Source: Tolypothrix carrinoi HA7290-LM1
GTDB lineage: Bacteria > Cyanobacteriota > Cyanobacteriia > Cyanobacteriales > Nostocaceae
Direction: 5' to 3'
Assembly (NCBI GenBank): GCA_019358935.1
Contig: JAHHIK010000022.1
Location: forward strand, 20,082-84,081
Length of the DNA stretch: 64,000 bases
A program made the translations under genes and the position numbers. Numbering within the stretch: position 1 is the first letter of the stretch; every line of letters starts with the position of its first letter. A model generated the notes under the pieces. That model did not search any database. It was not told the DNA's origin and saw nothing but the letters and a program-made list of their open reading frames with translations. Below are positions 22,889-35,363 of the stretch, piece by piece.

Positions 22889-23137
22889 TTATTTACCGAA
22901 GCCTTCCATGTACTTAGGGTTATAAGATAAATCTTCCAGATTGCTGTCTAAACAACCAATAAATTCTTGTGCTGCTTCAGTAAAAGAAACTTCTTTCTCA
23001 TCGGTTTCTATCTGCTCTTGGATATGACTAATTTTGCCTAGTTTAAATTCTAAGAACTCAATAAATTCAAGAACTTCGTTGCGTTGCTCAATAGGTAATC
23101 TCTTGATTTTGGCGATCGCTATTTCTAAGGTTGTCAT
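22889..23137 (-). CDS. DUF2281-like small protein (putative antitoxin)
   Basis: KIKRLPIEQRNEVLEFIEFL...GCLDSNLEDLSYNPKYMEGFG pattern. Confidence 0.7.
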   Translation of the reverse strand: MTTLEIAIAKIKRLPIEQRNEVLEFIEFLEFKLGKISHIQEQIETDEKEVSFTEAAQEFIGCLDSNLEDLSYNPKYMEGFGK

Positions 23138-23220
23138 TTTTCTGATTCTGCCTTCACACTTAAGTTAGTCCTAGTTTAGCAAAACTCAACTTATCAAGTA
23201 ATTAAAACTTTAACTATCAA

Positions 23221-23301
23221 TCACATCCTCAATTCAATAAACCCAAGATTTTCCAGTATCCGAACTACTTCCTGTGGCTTGATAACAGGTATATTGCTCA
23301 T
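23221..23301 (-). pseudogene. hicA: Truncated HicA-family toxin (26 aa)
   Basis: MSNIPVIKPQEVVRILENLGFIELRM* directly after hicB; stops before the GSH catalytic motif. Confidence 0.75.
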
Positions 23302-23307
23302 AAGTGT

Positions 23308-23517
23308 TTACTGGATGACAATTTGTTGTATATTAACAAATTCTGTCTCTAAAGCTAATTCCTCATCTGACAAAAGTATCTCAATTACTTCACGTAAATT
23401 ATCTTGTAATTCGTCTAAAGTTTCACCTTGAGAATGCGCTCCAGGAAACCCAGGAACATAGCCAACATAAAGTTTAGTATCAGGATCTCTTTCAACAATC
23501 GCAGTAAATGTTTTCAT
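23308..23517 (-). CDS. hicB: HicB-family antitoxin
   Basis: YVGYVPGFPGAHSQGETLDELQDNLREVIE. Confidence 0.88.
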   Translation of the reverse strand: MKTFTAIVERDPDTKLYVGYVPGFPGAHSQGETLDELQDNLREVIEILLSDEELALETEFVNIQQIVIQ

Positions 23518-23613
23518 AGGGCTTGAGTTGTTAAACTAGTTTAGGCATATTAAATTTTAGGCGATCGCATTCTTTAATACATAGCAATTTTATGCGATCG
23601 CCTTCACGCAAAA

Positions 23614-25296
23614 TCAAATCCCGTGACTCTTCCCAATCACCCAATTACGCCGGAAAAACCGCGCTAAGGCTGATTCTTCCAAAGATAGATAAATTGGGCG
23701 TCCGTGGGGACAGGTGCGCGGATTGCGGGTACGTTGCCAATCATCTAATAGTGTCTGCATTTCTGGTAAAGTTAGGGGTGTACCGTTGCGAATTGCACTG
23801 CGACAGGCTACGGCTACTTGGGCTGTTTGTAAGTCACCACCCCAACTAAGTTCTAAAATGGCTTCTGCACAGTCGTCTCTTTGCTGTAAAAGTGCGGGTA
23901 CGTTACGAACTGCCCAAAGTTGTTCACCGAAGGGTTCTATATCTATATTGATGCGTTGTAGTTGCGAAACTTGCGCTGGTGATAATTGATATAAAATAAT
24001 TGCAGGTTCCACAGGAATAAGTTGCCAATTATCGCACAATTGCTCATACAAAACTCGCTCATGAGCGATGTGCTGTTCTACCAACCACATGCCGTTTTCA
24101 TGTTCGACAACTATATAAGTATTGCTAACTTGAGCAACGGCTTTTAAAGAGTTAGGAGTTAAGAGTGAGGAGTTAGGAGTTTTATTTTCATCGTTGGGGT
24201 TGGGACGATTGACATGATAACCGCCTTTTTCTTCTGCGGCTTTGATTAATTTGCTGACGCGGGTTGTGTGAACTGCTTCTTTGATATTGACAGAATCGAT
24301 GCGAAGTGCTTGCTCAATGGCGCTGGATATTTGTTCTTGCCAATAGCTTAATTCATTGAGGTAAATTTCGGTTTTTGCAGGATTGCGGTTCCAGTTAATT
24401 TGATCGGGGGAAATATAAAGATGTAAAAAACAGATTGGATAGCGATCGCGTGGTAATGTTCTGTGAAATCCTGTGAAAATCGTTTGCTCTAATTCTGGCG
24501 ATTTTACCATGCGTCCGTTGATAGCTACTCGCACCCAATCTGGACGATGACGATGACAGCGATCGGGCAATCCTATAACTAAGTTTAGGGCTTTGTTAGG
24601 GTTAGGTAATTCTAATTTTAGTTCTTGTAAATCGCCTTGTTTAACTTGATGTAAAATTTGCGGTAATAGTTTTCCGGTTGTGGCAGCTGGTGAAAGAGTG
24701 AACCATTCACGGTCATTTTGCCAAACTTGCCAGGTAACATGAGGATGACATAAGGCAATTTGATAAATCGACGCTTGCACCGCTTTCATTTGAATAGCTG
24801 ATGTTGGCAAGCCTTGACGACGAGTTGAGCAATTTCCGAATAAATTCGATATGGTGACAATTGTACCAGGTGCGATCGCTGCTGCTTCCACTACGACAGG
24901 TTCCCCGCCATAGCCATACACAACTTTGAATCCACCACTTGAAGAATTTGCCGGACGACTTAATATTTCTAAATCTGCCAAAGTCGTCAAACTGTGTAAC
25001 GCCTCACCCCGAAATCCTAAACTGTTAATTTGCCACAAATCTGCACAAGAGCGAATTTTACTTGTACTGTGGGCCGATGCGGCTTGTTGCAAGTCATCCA
25101 AATTCATTCCACAACCATTATCTGCTACGCGCACCCGCCACTGCTGCGCCCATACAGAAACCACAATCCGCGTTGCACCTGCGTCTAGGGAATTTTCTAT
25201 CAATTCCCGCACCACAGAAGCTAGAGAGTCAATTACCTCTCCGGCTGTAATGAGGTATACTACCTCCGTTGGTAAAGCTTGAATCGTAGAAGACAT
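23614..25296 (-). CDS. mutL: DNA mismatch repair endonuclease MutL
   Basis: AGEVI, VRELIENSLDAGA, DNGCGM, LGFRGEAL, EQHIAHER, ACRSAI, CPHGRP. Confidence 0.97.
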   Translation of the reverse strand: MSSTIQALPTEVVYLITAGEVIDSLASVVRELIENSLDAGATRIVVSVWAQQWRVRVADNGCGMNLDDLQQAASAHSTSKIRSCADLWQINSLGFRGEALHSLTTLADLEILSRPANSSSGGFKVVYGYGGEPVVVEAAAIAPGTIVTISNLFGNCSTRRQGLPTSAIQMKAVQASIYQIALCHPHVTWQVWQNDREWFTLSPAATTGKLLPQILHQVKQGDLQELKLELPNPNKALNLVIGLPDRCHRHRPDWVRVAINGRMVKSPELEQTIFTGFHRTLPRDRYPICFLHLYISPDQINWNRNPAKTEIYLNELSYWQEQISSAIEQALRIDSVNIKEAVHTTRVSKLIKAAEEKGGYHVNRPNPNDENKTPNSSLLTPNSLKAVAQVSNTYIVVEHENGMWLVEQHIAHERVLYEQLCDNWQLIPVEPAIILYQLSPAQVSQLQRINIDIEPFGEQLWAVRNVPALLQQRDDCAEAILELSWGGDLQTAQVAVACRSAIRNGTPLTLPEMQTLLDDWQRTRNPRTCPHGRPIYLSLEESALARFFRRNWVIGKSHGI

Positions 25297-25442
25297 AAAT
25301 CTCAGTGTGGGCAGTTGCCAAGCACTGAATAGAATAAGCAAATTTGTTTACAATCAGCTAGAAAATTTTATGAATTGTAAAGAAATTTTTTCGTAGTAAG
25401 CGCGAAGAGCGCTAATTATAAAGCGCTCTTCGCGCTTACTAC

Positions 25443-26489
25443 CTAATTATCCCGCATCGCTAAAGCTTTCATCGGTTCGGGTTTCAGCAACCCATTTAAC
25501 AATGATGCCGGACGTTGACCGTAGGGCCAAGCAAAAGCATGACGGAAAGCTGCATCTTGACAAGCTTGTAACTGTTGGAAGTTAATAATGTCGTAAGTTA
25601 AAAGATTTTCATACTCAAAGGGTAGACGGACATTATGCAAACCGGCGTTATCAGTACAAATAGCGATATCTACCCCCGCGTCAAAACATCGGTCAAAAAC
25701 TAACTTGAGTTGACGTATATCCTCTAAAGTACCGGTTTTTAAGTATGTTGTCGGGCAAACCTCCAAACACTGCCCGCGTTGAGCTACATCTTTAAGTAAC
25801 TCTGGATACAATAGCGGAATTTGGATGCCGTGACCAATCCGCATCAAATAAGGTAATAATTGTGGATAGCAGCCAGCCGTGGTTTCATAAAGGTGTCCGG
25901 TGGTTTTGACGTTAAGCGATCGCGCATAATCATACAAACTAATCCACTCAGAGAGGCGATCGGCATAATAGCTATCACCACCAGCAACATCTATTCCACA
26001 AATATACTTGGTATTTTGCGCTGCCAAATCCACAATAGCCTTATTCACCTCATAAGGTAAGCGCGAGTGCATACAAAGTATTTGGCTAGTCACAATCGGA
26101 TATTCTTGTAATTGACTTGCCTGTCCGACAACTTCCACAATCTCCGCCATCTTGTCAATTCTCTTTGATTGACTTAAATGCTTTGGTGTGCGGAGATAAG
26201 GAGTATAGCGCAGTTCTAGATAAGCCAAATTCTCAAAAATATAAGCACCCCGCAGCAGACGATAGATAAAGTAAGGCAAACTTTCGGCATTTTGCACGCT
26301 TTCAACTAAAGTGTGCAATTCCAGATACTCATCTAAAGTACTGCGCGATCGCGTGAAAAACTCTTCAAAAGCCGAATAGTCAGCAAACTGCGAAAGTAAC
26401 TTTGACGAACTGCGTTCTAGGTATCGCCACAGAACACGGGGTACAACCGAACCGCCCAGATGTCTATGCAATTCAGCGTATAAAGCCAT
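25443..26489 (-). CDS. add: Adenosine deaminase family protein
   Basis: AELHRHLGGS, YLELRYTP, TGHLYE, RIGHG, EVCPT, CTDN. Confidence 0.9.
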   Translation of the reverse strand: MALYAELHRHLGGSVVPRVLWRYLERSSSKLLSQFADYSAFEEFFTRSRSTLDEYLELHTLVESVQNAESLPYFIYRLLRGAYIFENLAYLELRYTPYLRTPKHLSQSKRIDKMAEIVEVVGQASQLQEYPIVTSQILCMHSRLPYEVNKAIVDLAAQNTKYICGIDVAGGDSYYADRLSEWISLYDYARSLNVKTTGHLYETTAGCYPQLLPYLMRIGHGIQIPLLYPELLKDVAQRGQCLEVCPTTYLKTGTLEDIRQLKLVFDRCFDAGVDIAICTDNAGLHNVRLPFEYENLLTYDIINFQQLQACQDAAFRHAFAWPYGQRPASLLNGLLKPEPMKALAMRDN

Positions 26490-26557
26490 AGTCGTCTTTT
26501 CCCGGAAAAATTATAAAAAAGTCTAATAATCTTAACAATAGCGTAGAAAAGAAGAGT

Positions 26558-26800
26558 GGGGCATTGGGCATTGGGCATTGGGAATTGGGCAATGGGCAAT
26601 GGGCAATGGGCAATGGGCAATGGGAATTGGGAATTGGGAATGCGTTTTTTACCATTACCCATGCCCCATGCCCCATGCCCCATGCCCCATGCCCCATGCC
26701 CCATGCCCTATGCCCTATGCCCCATGCCCTATGCCCTATGCCCTATGCCCCATGCCCTATGCCCTATGCCCTATGCCCTATGCCCTATGCCCCATGCCCT
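26558..26800. repeat. Composite STRR element (arms around core GGGAATGCGTTTTTTACCATTACCC)
   Basis: Same core at ~28816-28840 (one mismatch) and inverted at ~30930-30955. Confidence 0.9.
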
Positions 26801-28575
26801 ATTGCCTGCAATAATTCTCTCGCTGTGCAAGGTTTGGATAGAAACGCTTTGACACCTGTGCCGGCGGATTCGGCTATGTTTTGATTTGATAACAAGCCGC
26901 TCATGGCGATAATCTTTACATGAGGATTTATTTTTTGTAGCGTGCGGATAGCGATCGCTCCATCCATCCAAGGCATCATCATATCCAGCAACACTACACT
27001 AATTTCCTGCTGATGTTGGGCATAAATTGCTACAGCTTCAACACCATCACTGGCAGTTAGCACTTGGTAATTATATGTTTCTAAAGATGATTTAGTCAGA
27101 TCGCAAATTGCAGCTTCGTCATCCACCACCAAAATTAATTCACCATTTCCTATAAGTGGTTTTAGTTCAAGAGAAGGCGGATCGATTTCCACTTTGGTGG
27201 AAGAAGGTAAGTAAACTTGAAATTGCGTTCCCTTATTAACTTCACTGTATAAATTAACAAATCCACCGTGGTTTTTAATAATGCCCAGTGCTGTGGAAAG
27301 TCCTAAACCTGTACCTTTTCCTACTTCTTTAGTAGTAAAAAATGGCTCAAAAATTCGCTCTTGAATTGTCTGCGGTATCCCTATACCTGTATCCGCAATG
27401 GTGATAGCAACATAACAACCCACTTGGGCATCGATATGCATTTTCGCATAGTGTTCATCAATGACGAGATTTTCTGCTGAAATCGTCATTATACCGCCGT
27501 CGGGCATGGCATCGCGGGCGTTGACAACTAAGTTCATTAGCACTTGATGCAGTTGAGTAGCGTTTCCCTGTACATGCCAAAGATTGTCTGATATGTGTGT
27601 ATGGCAGGTGATGGATTTAGAAAAGGTTCCGGTAATAATGTCTTCAATTTCTGTTAGCAAAGAGTTAATTTTAACAATTGTCTGTCTGCCTTCAATACCG
27701 CGTGCAAAGGATAAAATTTGTCTAACTAAATTTGCTCCGCGTTTGACATTATTTTCTAACATTTTCAGCAGATGTTCGCTTTGCGGATCGGACAATTTCA
27801 TCTGCAATAAAGGAACTGCTAATAAAATCGGCGCTAACACATTGTTGAGGTCGTGGGCAATACCACCAGCTAAAGTGCCGATACATTCTAAACGTTGCGA
27901 TCGCAAAAGTTGTGCTTCTACTTGTTTCTTTTGCGTGATTTCTGTATTAACAATTAAAATTGATTGAGGTTGTCCAAATTCATCACGTACCAAAGTCCAT
28001 CGACTTTCTACTAGAATTTCCTCACCGCTTTTTTGTACTTGTTTTAATTCACCTTGCCACGAACCGTTTTTAATTACAGTTAAAAGCGCTGATTCTGGCA
28101 GCGGTAAATCTTCGTACAAAAGTGCCAAAGCATCTTTACCAACAGCTTCCTCAACTTTCCAGCCGTACAAACGTTCTGCACTTTTATTCCAGAATAAAAT
28201 CTGGTTTTGGATATTTTTTACGAAAATTGCGTCAGTTGCCACATCCAGCAGCGCTGCTTGTTCGCGGATTTTCTGTTCTGCTTGTTTCAGTTGGCTGATG
28301 TAATATATAAGCAATTTATACAGCATTGCAAAGAGCGCAAAATCTGCACTCTTGCTGATGAAAAATTTAGCGATCGCCTTTATGCTTCCAGTAAATTGTC
28401 TTTTTGACAACTTTCTGTTTGTTTCTTTGGGAAACAATTTAGGCAACATTTGCTCTGATAACTTTTGTGTTGACTCAATGTCGAGAACTAGCATTTGAAT
28501 ATTATTTGTCATTTGCTTATCTCTAGGAGATATAATTGACTGCCGAGCGGCTTCAAACATGTGTTTCGACAACAA
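26785..28575 (-). CDS. Hybrid sensor histidine kinase (PAS-HisKA-HATPase-REC); start uncertain
   Basis: PAS ([22 protein letters not shown]), H-box [41 protein letters not shown], receiver ILVVDDE..LDMMMP. Confidence 0.93.
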   Translation of the reverse strand: MLSKHMFEAARQSIISPRDKQMTNNIQMLVLDIESTQKLSEQMLPKLFPKETNRKLSKRQFTGSIKAIAKFFISKSADFALFAMLYKLLIYYISQLKQAEQKIREQAALLDVATDAIFVKNIQNQILFWNKSAERLYGWKVEEAVGKDALALLYEDLPLPESALLTVIKNGSWQGELKQVQKSGEEILVESRWTLVRDEFGQPQSILIVNTEITQKKQVEAQLLRSQRLECIGTLAGGIAHDLNNVLAPILLAVPLLQMKLSDPQSEHLLKMLENNVKRGANLVRQILSFARGIEGRQTIVKINSLLTEIEDIITGTFSKSITCHTHISDNLWHVQGNATQLHQVLMNLVVNARDAMPDGGIMTISAENLVIDEHYAKMHIDAQVGCYVAITIADTGIGIPQTIQERIFEPFFTTKEVGKGTGLGLSTALGIIKNHGGFVNLYSEVNKGTQFQVYLPSSTKVEIDPPSLELKPLIGNGELILVVDDEAAICDLTKSSLETYNYQVLTASDGVEAVAIYAQHQQEISVVLLDMMMPWMDGAIAIRTLQKINPHVKIIAMSGLLSNQNIAESAGTGVKAFLSKPCTARELLQAIGHGA

Positions 28576-28764
28576 AATTTATGATTCTCTGGATGTTTCT
28601 TTATTGAGATAATTTGCGGCTCAAGTTAAGAAATACACTGCTATTTTCGGTTAATATTTGATACAGGTGTTAGTTTTATTACTTACACTCTGATAATCTT
28701 GACAAGAGAGTGCATCTGTAGCGATCGCGTAATCAGTTCTTGCACTTCCACAGGAAAAAGGTAA

Positions 28765-29045
28765 TTGGGAATTGGGCAATGGGCAATGGGCAATGGGCAA
28801 TGGGCAATGGGAATTGGGAATGCATTTTTTACCATTACCCATGCCCCATGCCCAATGCCCCATGACGGCAGGTGCTACAACGTTCGTGACCTCACGAGCG
28901 GGTTCGCCACTACGAATAGACCCTACAGACAACCGCGCCCGTGGACTCACCGCAACGCACTGCCTCCCCCATGCCCCATGCCCAATGACGGCAGGTGCTA
29001 CAACGCGGGGAACCCGCGCAACGCACTGCCTCCCCAATGCCCAAT
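28765..29045. repeat. STRR element with two embedded GACGGCAGGTGCTACAACG...CGCAACGCACTGCCTCCC units
   Basis: Two direct copies of the same ends with different central loops. Confidence 0.85.
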
Positions 29046-29458
29046 TTTCAAGGCTTAATAAATTTAATAGCAATTTCAACATTCAGAAAAATGTCACCTA
29101 AGTTACATTTAATCAAAATTGGTTTATTTGATTAAGCTACTATTTGATTCTCCCAGATAGTATTTGGCACACTTTTCTCTTGGAAATTTCTGGCTTGATT
29201 TTGACGATTTTTCATACATATACTGCCAGATAAGAACCTAACAATTTTAATATAAATTAATAGTTATCAGTAGTTATAAACTAACTTTAGTTGATAAATT
29301 TACAAAAATTAAGATGAAACTCATAATTGAACGCTGATAACTGATAAATTTCTTGTAGTTGCTTTCAACGAATTAGTCACTTTTTCGGAAAATCCGATTG
29401 AATAACCTTGACATTAGTCACACAATCTGTTGATAATTAGAGTTTGTGAAAACTTTAG

Positions 29459-30817
<1,359 letters not shown>

Positions 30818-30819
30818 TA

Positions 30820-31086
30820 GGGCATGGGGCATTGGGCATGGGGCATTGGGCATGGGGCATGGGGCATTGGGCATGGGGCATGGGTAATGGGGCATGGGGC
30901 ATGGGGCATGGGGCATTGGGCATGGGGCATGGGTAATGGTAAAAAACGCATTCCCAATTCCCAATTCCCATTGCCCATTGCCCATTGCCCATTGCCCATT
31001 GCCCATTGCCCATTGCCCATTGCCCATTGCCCATTGCCCATTGCCCATTGCCCATTGCCCATTGCCCATTGCCCAATTCCCAATTA
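30820..31086. repeat. Composite STRR element
   Basis: GGGGCAT and ATTGCCC arrays around an inverted copy of the 26.6-kb core. Confidence 0.9.
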
Positions 31087-31103
31087 CCTTTTTCCCAACT
31101 TGT

Positions 31104-31754
31104 ATGGATCTCACAATTGAATGTCAAAAGCGCCCAGAAAATAGCAAACCCAATGCTTTGCGCCGTTCTGGGCTAATTCCTGCGAATTTATACGGTCACA
31201 AAGGTACAGAGTCTATCTCTTTAACCATTGATGCCAAAACTGTTGAACGCTTGCTGAAAAAAGGTTCAGTCAACAACACGTTGATTGATTTGAAAATTAC
31301 TGATATCCCTTGGCAAGGCAAAACTTTGTTGCGGGAAGTTCAGATTCATCCGGCAAAACGTACCCCTTTCCACCTCAGCTTTTTTGCGGTGGCAGGTCAC
31401 GGTCCGACTACAGTAGAAGTACCGCTGCGGTTTGTCGGAGATGCGATCGGTGTTAAACAAGAAGGTGGTTTGTTAGACACCGTGTTTAACCAATTGCAAG
31501 TCAGTTGCGAACCAGAAAACATCCCCGAAGCAATTGAAGTTGATGTTTCTAACATGAAAGTTGGCGACAGCTTGCAGATCCATGAGCTACCATTGCCCCA
31601 AGGTGTGACAGTTCTTGATAACGCAGAGCAAATTGCTGTTAGCATTTTGCCACCACAAATCACGCCAGAGAAAGAAGCTGAACTCGATGCTGCTAACGCT
31701 CAAACTGATTCTACTGAGTCCACAGAGACAGCAACAGAATCTCAAGCTAGCTGA
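31104..31754 (+). CDS. rplY: 50S ribosomal protein L25/Ctc
   Basis: [42 protein letters not shown]; the ORF-track N-terminal extension is STRR-derived. Confidence 0.95.
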   Translation: MDLTIECQKRPENSKPNALRRSGLIPANLYGHKGTESISLTIDAKTVERLLKKGSVNNTLIDLKITDIPWQGKTLLREVQIHPAKRTPFHLSFFAVAGHGPTTVEVPLRFVGDAIGVKQEGGLLDTVFNQLQVSCEPENIPEAIEVDVSNMKVGDSLQIHELPLPQGVTVLDNAEQIAVSILPPQITPEKEAELDAANAQTDSTESTETATESQAS

Positions 31755-31839
31755 AGTATATAATAGTTGTCGATAATACCAGGGGGTAACTCCTGGTTTT
31801 TTTGTGTTTGAATTGCCAAATCGTCAAGGACGCTAAAAA

Positions 31840-33381
31840 ATGACAGTTTCTGTTCCAGCTTTAATTGAGCAGATGTTGCAACCTGGGTTTTATCCCCATG
31901 AAGTAACAGAACCAATTCAACTGATTCAAACGCACATTTCTTATGTGCTGCTAACTGGGGATTATGCCTATAAAGTAAAAAAGCCGATGAATTTTGGCTT
32001 TTTGGACTTTTCAACTTTGGAAAAACGGCAGCATTTTTCTCAAGAAGAATTGCGGTTAAATCAGCGGGGTGCAGCAGAACTGTATTTAGAAGTTTTGCCT
32101 ATTACTCTGACGGATAATCAATATCATCTGGGGGGAACGGGAGAAGCTGTAGAATATGTGTTGAAAATGCAGCAATTTCCTCAAGAGACTTTATTTAGCG
32201 CTTTATTTGAGCAGGGTAAGTTGAATGAAACAGATTTGGAAAACTTGGGACAAGTTGTAGCTGAATATCACGCGAAAACTGAAACTAGCGATTATATTCG
32301 CACTTTTGGGGAAGTTGCTCAAGTTCGAGAAGCGTTTGACGAGAATTACGAGCAAAGTGAAAAATATATTGGTGGTCCTCAAACGCAGACGCAGTTTGAC
32401 GAAACAAAGCAATATACAGATAACTTTTTTAGCGATCGCACGGAACTATTTAAAAGTCGCATTGCTAATAACTTCATTCGCGAATGTCACGGAGACTTGC
32501 ACTTAAGAAATATTGCTTTGTGGCAGGATAAAATTTTACTCTTCGATTGCATCGAGTTTAACGAACCGTTTCGCTTTGTTGATGTAATGTTCGATATTGC
32601 TTATGCTGTGATGAATCTGGAAGCAGAGCAACGACAAGATTTGAGTAATGCTTACTTAAATACTTATTTAGAGCAAACTGGCGATTGGGAAGGGTTACAA
32701 GTATTACCGATATATTTAAACCGTCAAGCGTATGTTCGGGCAAAGGTGACATCATTTTTGTTGGACGATCCAAGTGTTCCCGCAGATGTGAAAGCCGAGG
32801 CAGCAAAAACCGCAGCTGAGTATTATAAACTGGCTTGGAATTATACTAAACCCAAGCAAGGAAAATTAATATTGATGTCGGGGTTGTCGGGTTCTGGTAA
32901 AAGTACCACAGCTAAGTTATTATCTCGCGAATTAGGAGCAATTCTGATTCGTTCGGATGCGGTGCGGAAACATTTGGCGGGAATTCCACTTTTAGAACGC
33001 GGTGGAGATGATTTATATACACCTGAGATGACGGAGAAAACTTATGCACGGTTGCTGGAATTGGGAATTATACTGGCAAATCAAGGTTATACGGTGATTT
33101 TGGATGCCAAGTATGACAAACAGAAATTGAGACAAGAAGCGATCGCCCAAGCTAATAAAAACCAACTTCCCCTACAAATTATTCAATGCACCGCACCAAT
33201 AGAAGTTTTGCAACAACGGTTGCGCGATCGCACTGGTGATATTGCCGATGCCACAGTTGATTTATTGCGATCGCAACTTAACTTGGCTGAACCCTTCACC
33301 GAAGAAGAAAAACCCTACCTGAAAATTTTGGATACAACTCAACCACAACAGGCACAATTAAAAGAAGTAATTCGCCAATAG
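31840..33381 (+). CDS. Phosphotransferase (APH-like) fused to a P-loop kinase (AAA_33/gluconokinase-like)
   Basis: QTHISYV, ECHGDLHLRNI, FDCIEFN, C-terminal GLSGSGKST and RSDAVRK. Confidence 0.88.
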   Translation: MTVSVPALIEQMLQPGFYPHEVTEPIQLIQTHISYVLLTGDYAYKVKKPMNFGFLDFSTLEKRQHFSQEELRLNQRGAAELYLEVLPITLTDNQYHLGGTGEAVEYVLKMQQFPQETLFSALFEQGKLNETDLENLGQVVAEYHAKTETSDYIRTFGEVAQVREAFDENYEQSEKYIGGPQTQTQFDETKQYTDNFFSDRTELFKSRIANNFIRECHGDLHLRNIALWQDKILLFDCIEFNEPFRFVDVMFDIAYAVMNLEAEQRQDLSNAYLNTYLEQTGDWEGLQVLPIYLNRQAYVRAKVTSFLLDDPSVPADVKAEAAKTAAEYYKLAWNYTKPKQGKLILMSGLSGSGKSTTAKLLSRELGAILIRSDAVRKHLAGIPLLERGGDDLYTPEMTEKTYARLLELGIILANQGYTVILDAKYDKQKLRQEAIAQANKNQLPLQIIQCTAPIEVLQQRLRDRTGDIADATVDLLRSQLNLAEPFTEEEKPYLKILDTTQPQQAQLKEVIRQ

Positions 33382-33391
33382 ATTTAAGCTT

Positions 33392-33901
33392 ATGGCACCA
33401 AAAAAGAACGACTTCGGCGGTCTGATTACCATCTCTCAATCTTTCTTTTCTCAACTCGTCTTTGGGTTATTTTTAATACTCATATTTTCCATGACGGGCG
33501 CACCACCATCCCTGAGTATCTTCTTGGGTATATTGGGCGGTATAGCCTTAGGCGGGTTGACAACAGCAACTAGAAGCGGTCCCCAAGCCCCTACTGTTGG
33601 CTCGGCTGAAGGCGTTGATGCCGGATTGAAATACTGGTTATTTTTTCTACTTGGTTTTTTGTTTTTGGGGTATCCAGCACCGATGAGCGTTTTGTTAAGC
33701 GCATTAGCCGGTTTAGGTGGGGGCTGGATTATTGCTTGGTGGGAAACCACAGAACAAACTAAAACTCAACTGGCAGCTGAAGGTTCAGAAGAAGTCGAAG
33801 GACAACTCCCAAACGAAAGGGCAATCAAACGGAAACGCAGACCCACTCGTCGTTTCCGTCGCTCTCGTGGAAATTTCAATTTTCGGTTTTGGGAAAGGTA
33901 G
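33392..33901 (+). CDS. Hypothetical membrane protein
   Basis: Four hydrophobic segments in two internally similar halves, basic C-terminus; co-oriented with its neighbours. Confidence 0.7.
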   Translation: MAPKKNDFGGLITISQSFFSQLVFGLFLILIFSMTGAPPSLSIFLGILGGIALGGLTTATRSGPQAPTVGSAEGVDAGLKYWLFFLLGFLFLGYPAPMSVLLSALAGLGGGWIIAWWETTEQTKTQLAAEGSEEVEGQLPNERAIKRKRRPTRRFRRSRGNFNFRFWER

Positions 33902-33904
33902 TAA

Positions 33905-34162
33905 TTGGGCATTGGGCATTGGGCATGGGGCATCGGGCAATGGGCATCGGGCATTGGGTATGGGGCATGGGGCATCGGGCATAGGGTATGGGGCATAGGA
34001 CATAGGGCATAGGGCATAGGGCATGGGGTATGGGAAAAAGATTTGACTTTATTCTCACGTTCCCATTGCCCATTGCCCATTGCCCATTGCCCATTGCCCA
34101 TTGCCCATTGCCCATTGCCCATTGCCCATTGCCCATTGCCCATTGCCCCATGCCCAATTCCC
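33905..34162. repeat. STRR arrays in inverted arrangement
   Basis: GGGCAT(T/C/A/G) and ATTGCCC heptamer runs. Confidence 0.9.
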
Positions 34163-34166
34163 CATT

Positions 34167-34958
34167 ATGTTTTTATACCTCTCTAAGTTACTACCGCTGT
34201 TTTTTTACCCGCTTGGGTTAGCTTGCGTTTTTTTGCTGTTTTCACTGTTTCTGCTGTGGAAAAGACCGCGCATGGCAGCTATGGCGATCGCATTAGCATT
34301 AATTGTCTTACTAGTTTCTGGTAATGCTTGGGTTTCTCACTCTTTGGTGCGATCGCTTGAATGGCAAAATCTCCCACTGGCAGAAATACCATCATCAGAA
34401 GCAATTGTGGTTTTGGGTGGTGCAACTAAATCAGCGACTCCGCCACGTCCTGGTGTAGATTTAAGTGAAACTGGCGATCGCGTTATTTACGCGGCTCAAC
34501 TTTACCGCCAAAAGAAAGCCCCCATAATTATTCTCAGTGGTGGTCGTATCGATTGGCGCGGTAGCGGTTCCCCAGAGTCAGCGGATATGGCAACAATTCT
34601 TACTTCAATTGGTATACCAACAGAGGCAATTGTCCAAGAACCTGACTCTCTCAATACTTATGAAAATGCCGTGAATGTACGGAAAATTCTCGCGGCTCGT
34701 GGTATTCGTCGGGTATTGTTAGTTACTTCGGCAATGCATATGCCGCGATCGCTACTTATCTTCAAGCGTCAAGGAATTGATGTTATTCCTGCACCCACTG
34801 ATTTTCTCATCAGTCAAGGCGAAATGCAAGAACTCACCAACACTCCCAAAGCCGCTATCCTAAATTTGTTTCCCGATAGTGAGAATTTACAGCAATTTAC
34901 CAGCGCTTTAAAAGAGTACATTGGTACTGTTGTCTATCGTTTACACGGTTGGCTTTGA
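34167..34958 (+). CDS. YdcF/ElyC (DUF218) family protein
   Basis: AIVVLGG, IILSGG, ESADM, SLNTYENA, LVTSAMHMPRS, PAPTDF, ALKEYIG. Confidence 0.9.
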   Translation: MFLYLSKLLPLFFYPLGLACVFLLFSLFLLWKRPRMAAMAIALALIVLLVSGNAWVSHSLVRSLEWQNLPLAEIPSSEAIVVLGGATKSATPPRPGVDLSETGDRVIYAAQLYRQKKAPIIILSGGRIDWRGSGSPESADMATILTSIGIPTEAIVQEPDSLNTYENAVNVRKILAARGIRRVLLVTSAMHMPRSLLIFKRQGIDVIPAPTDFLISQGEMQELTNTPKAAILNLFPDSENLQQFTSALKEYIGTVVYRLHGWL

Positions 34959-34968
34959 GATTAACACT

Positions 34969-35094
34969 GTTCGGGCGCAGTCAGAGTTTAAGCGTCATTG
35001 TGAATGGTATTTTATCACAGCAGAACGCAACCCTCAATAATTAGAAAAAATGCGCGGCGAACTAAATATTTTCCGTATGTTTCGCTGCCGATAA
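34969..35094 (+). pseudogene. Degenerate copy of the 3' 126 bp of the 35364-35585 gene
   Basis: Aligns ungapped to 35460-35585 with a GAC-to-TAA change. Confidence 0.85.
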
Positions 35095-35363
35095 CTCGTG
35101 TTTTACCATTTCGACGTGCGATCGCGTAGCAAATCAATCACGGGTATCACTCTACACCCTATCCACAGATTACTTTGCCCCTGGTTGCAGCTTCCGTAAC
35201 ACTACCCCAGATTCAGGAATTCGCGGATACACCGAGCAATTTTTTCGTTATTGGTGTTGGAATAGGAATTTGTGTAGCCCCAGACTTACAGTCTGAGGGC
35301 GATTCATAAATCGCTATAATTTCAATAGTTACAAAATCCTAAATCCCTGAGTATCTATAAAAA

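Noticed and set aside
26417..26884. MGHGAW/PMPHA-type ORFs (also near 11.7, 28.7, 30.8, 33.8, 38.5, 39.4, 51.0 and 51.7 kb)
   Set aside because: STRR and other tandem-repeat artefacts; the extensions of rplY and ydcF were trimmed for the same reason.
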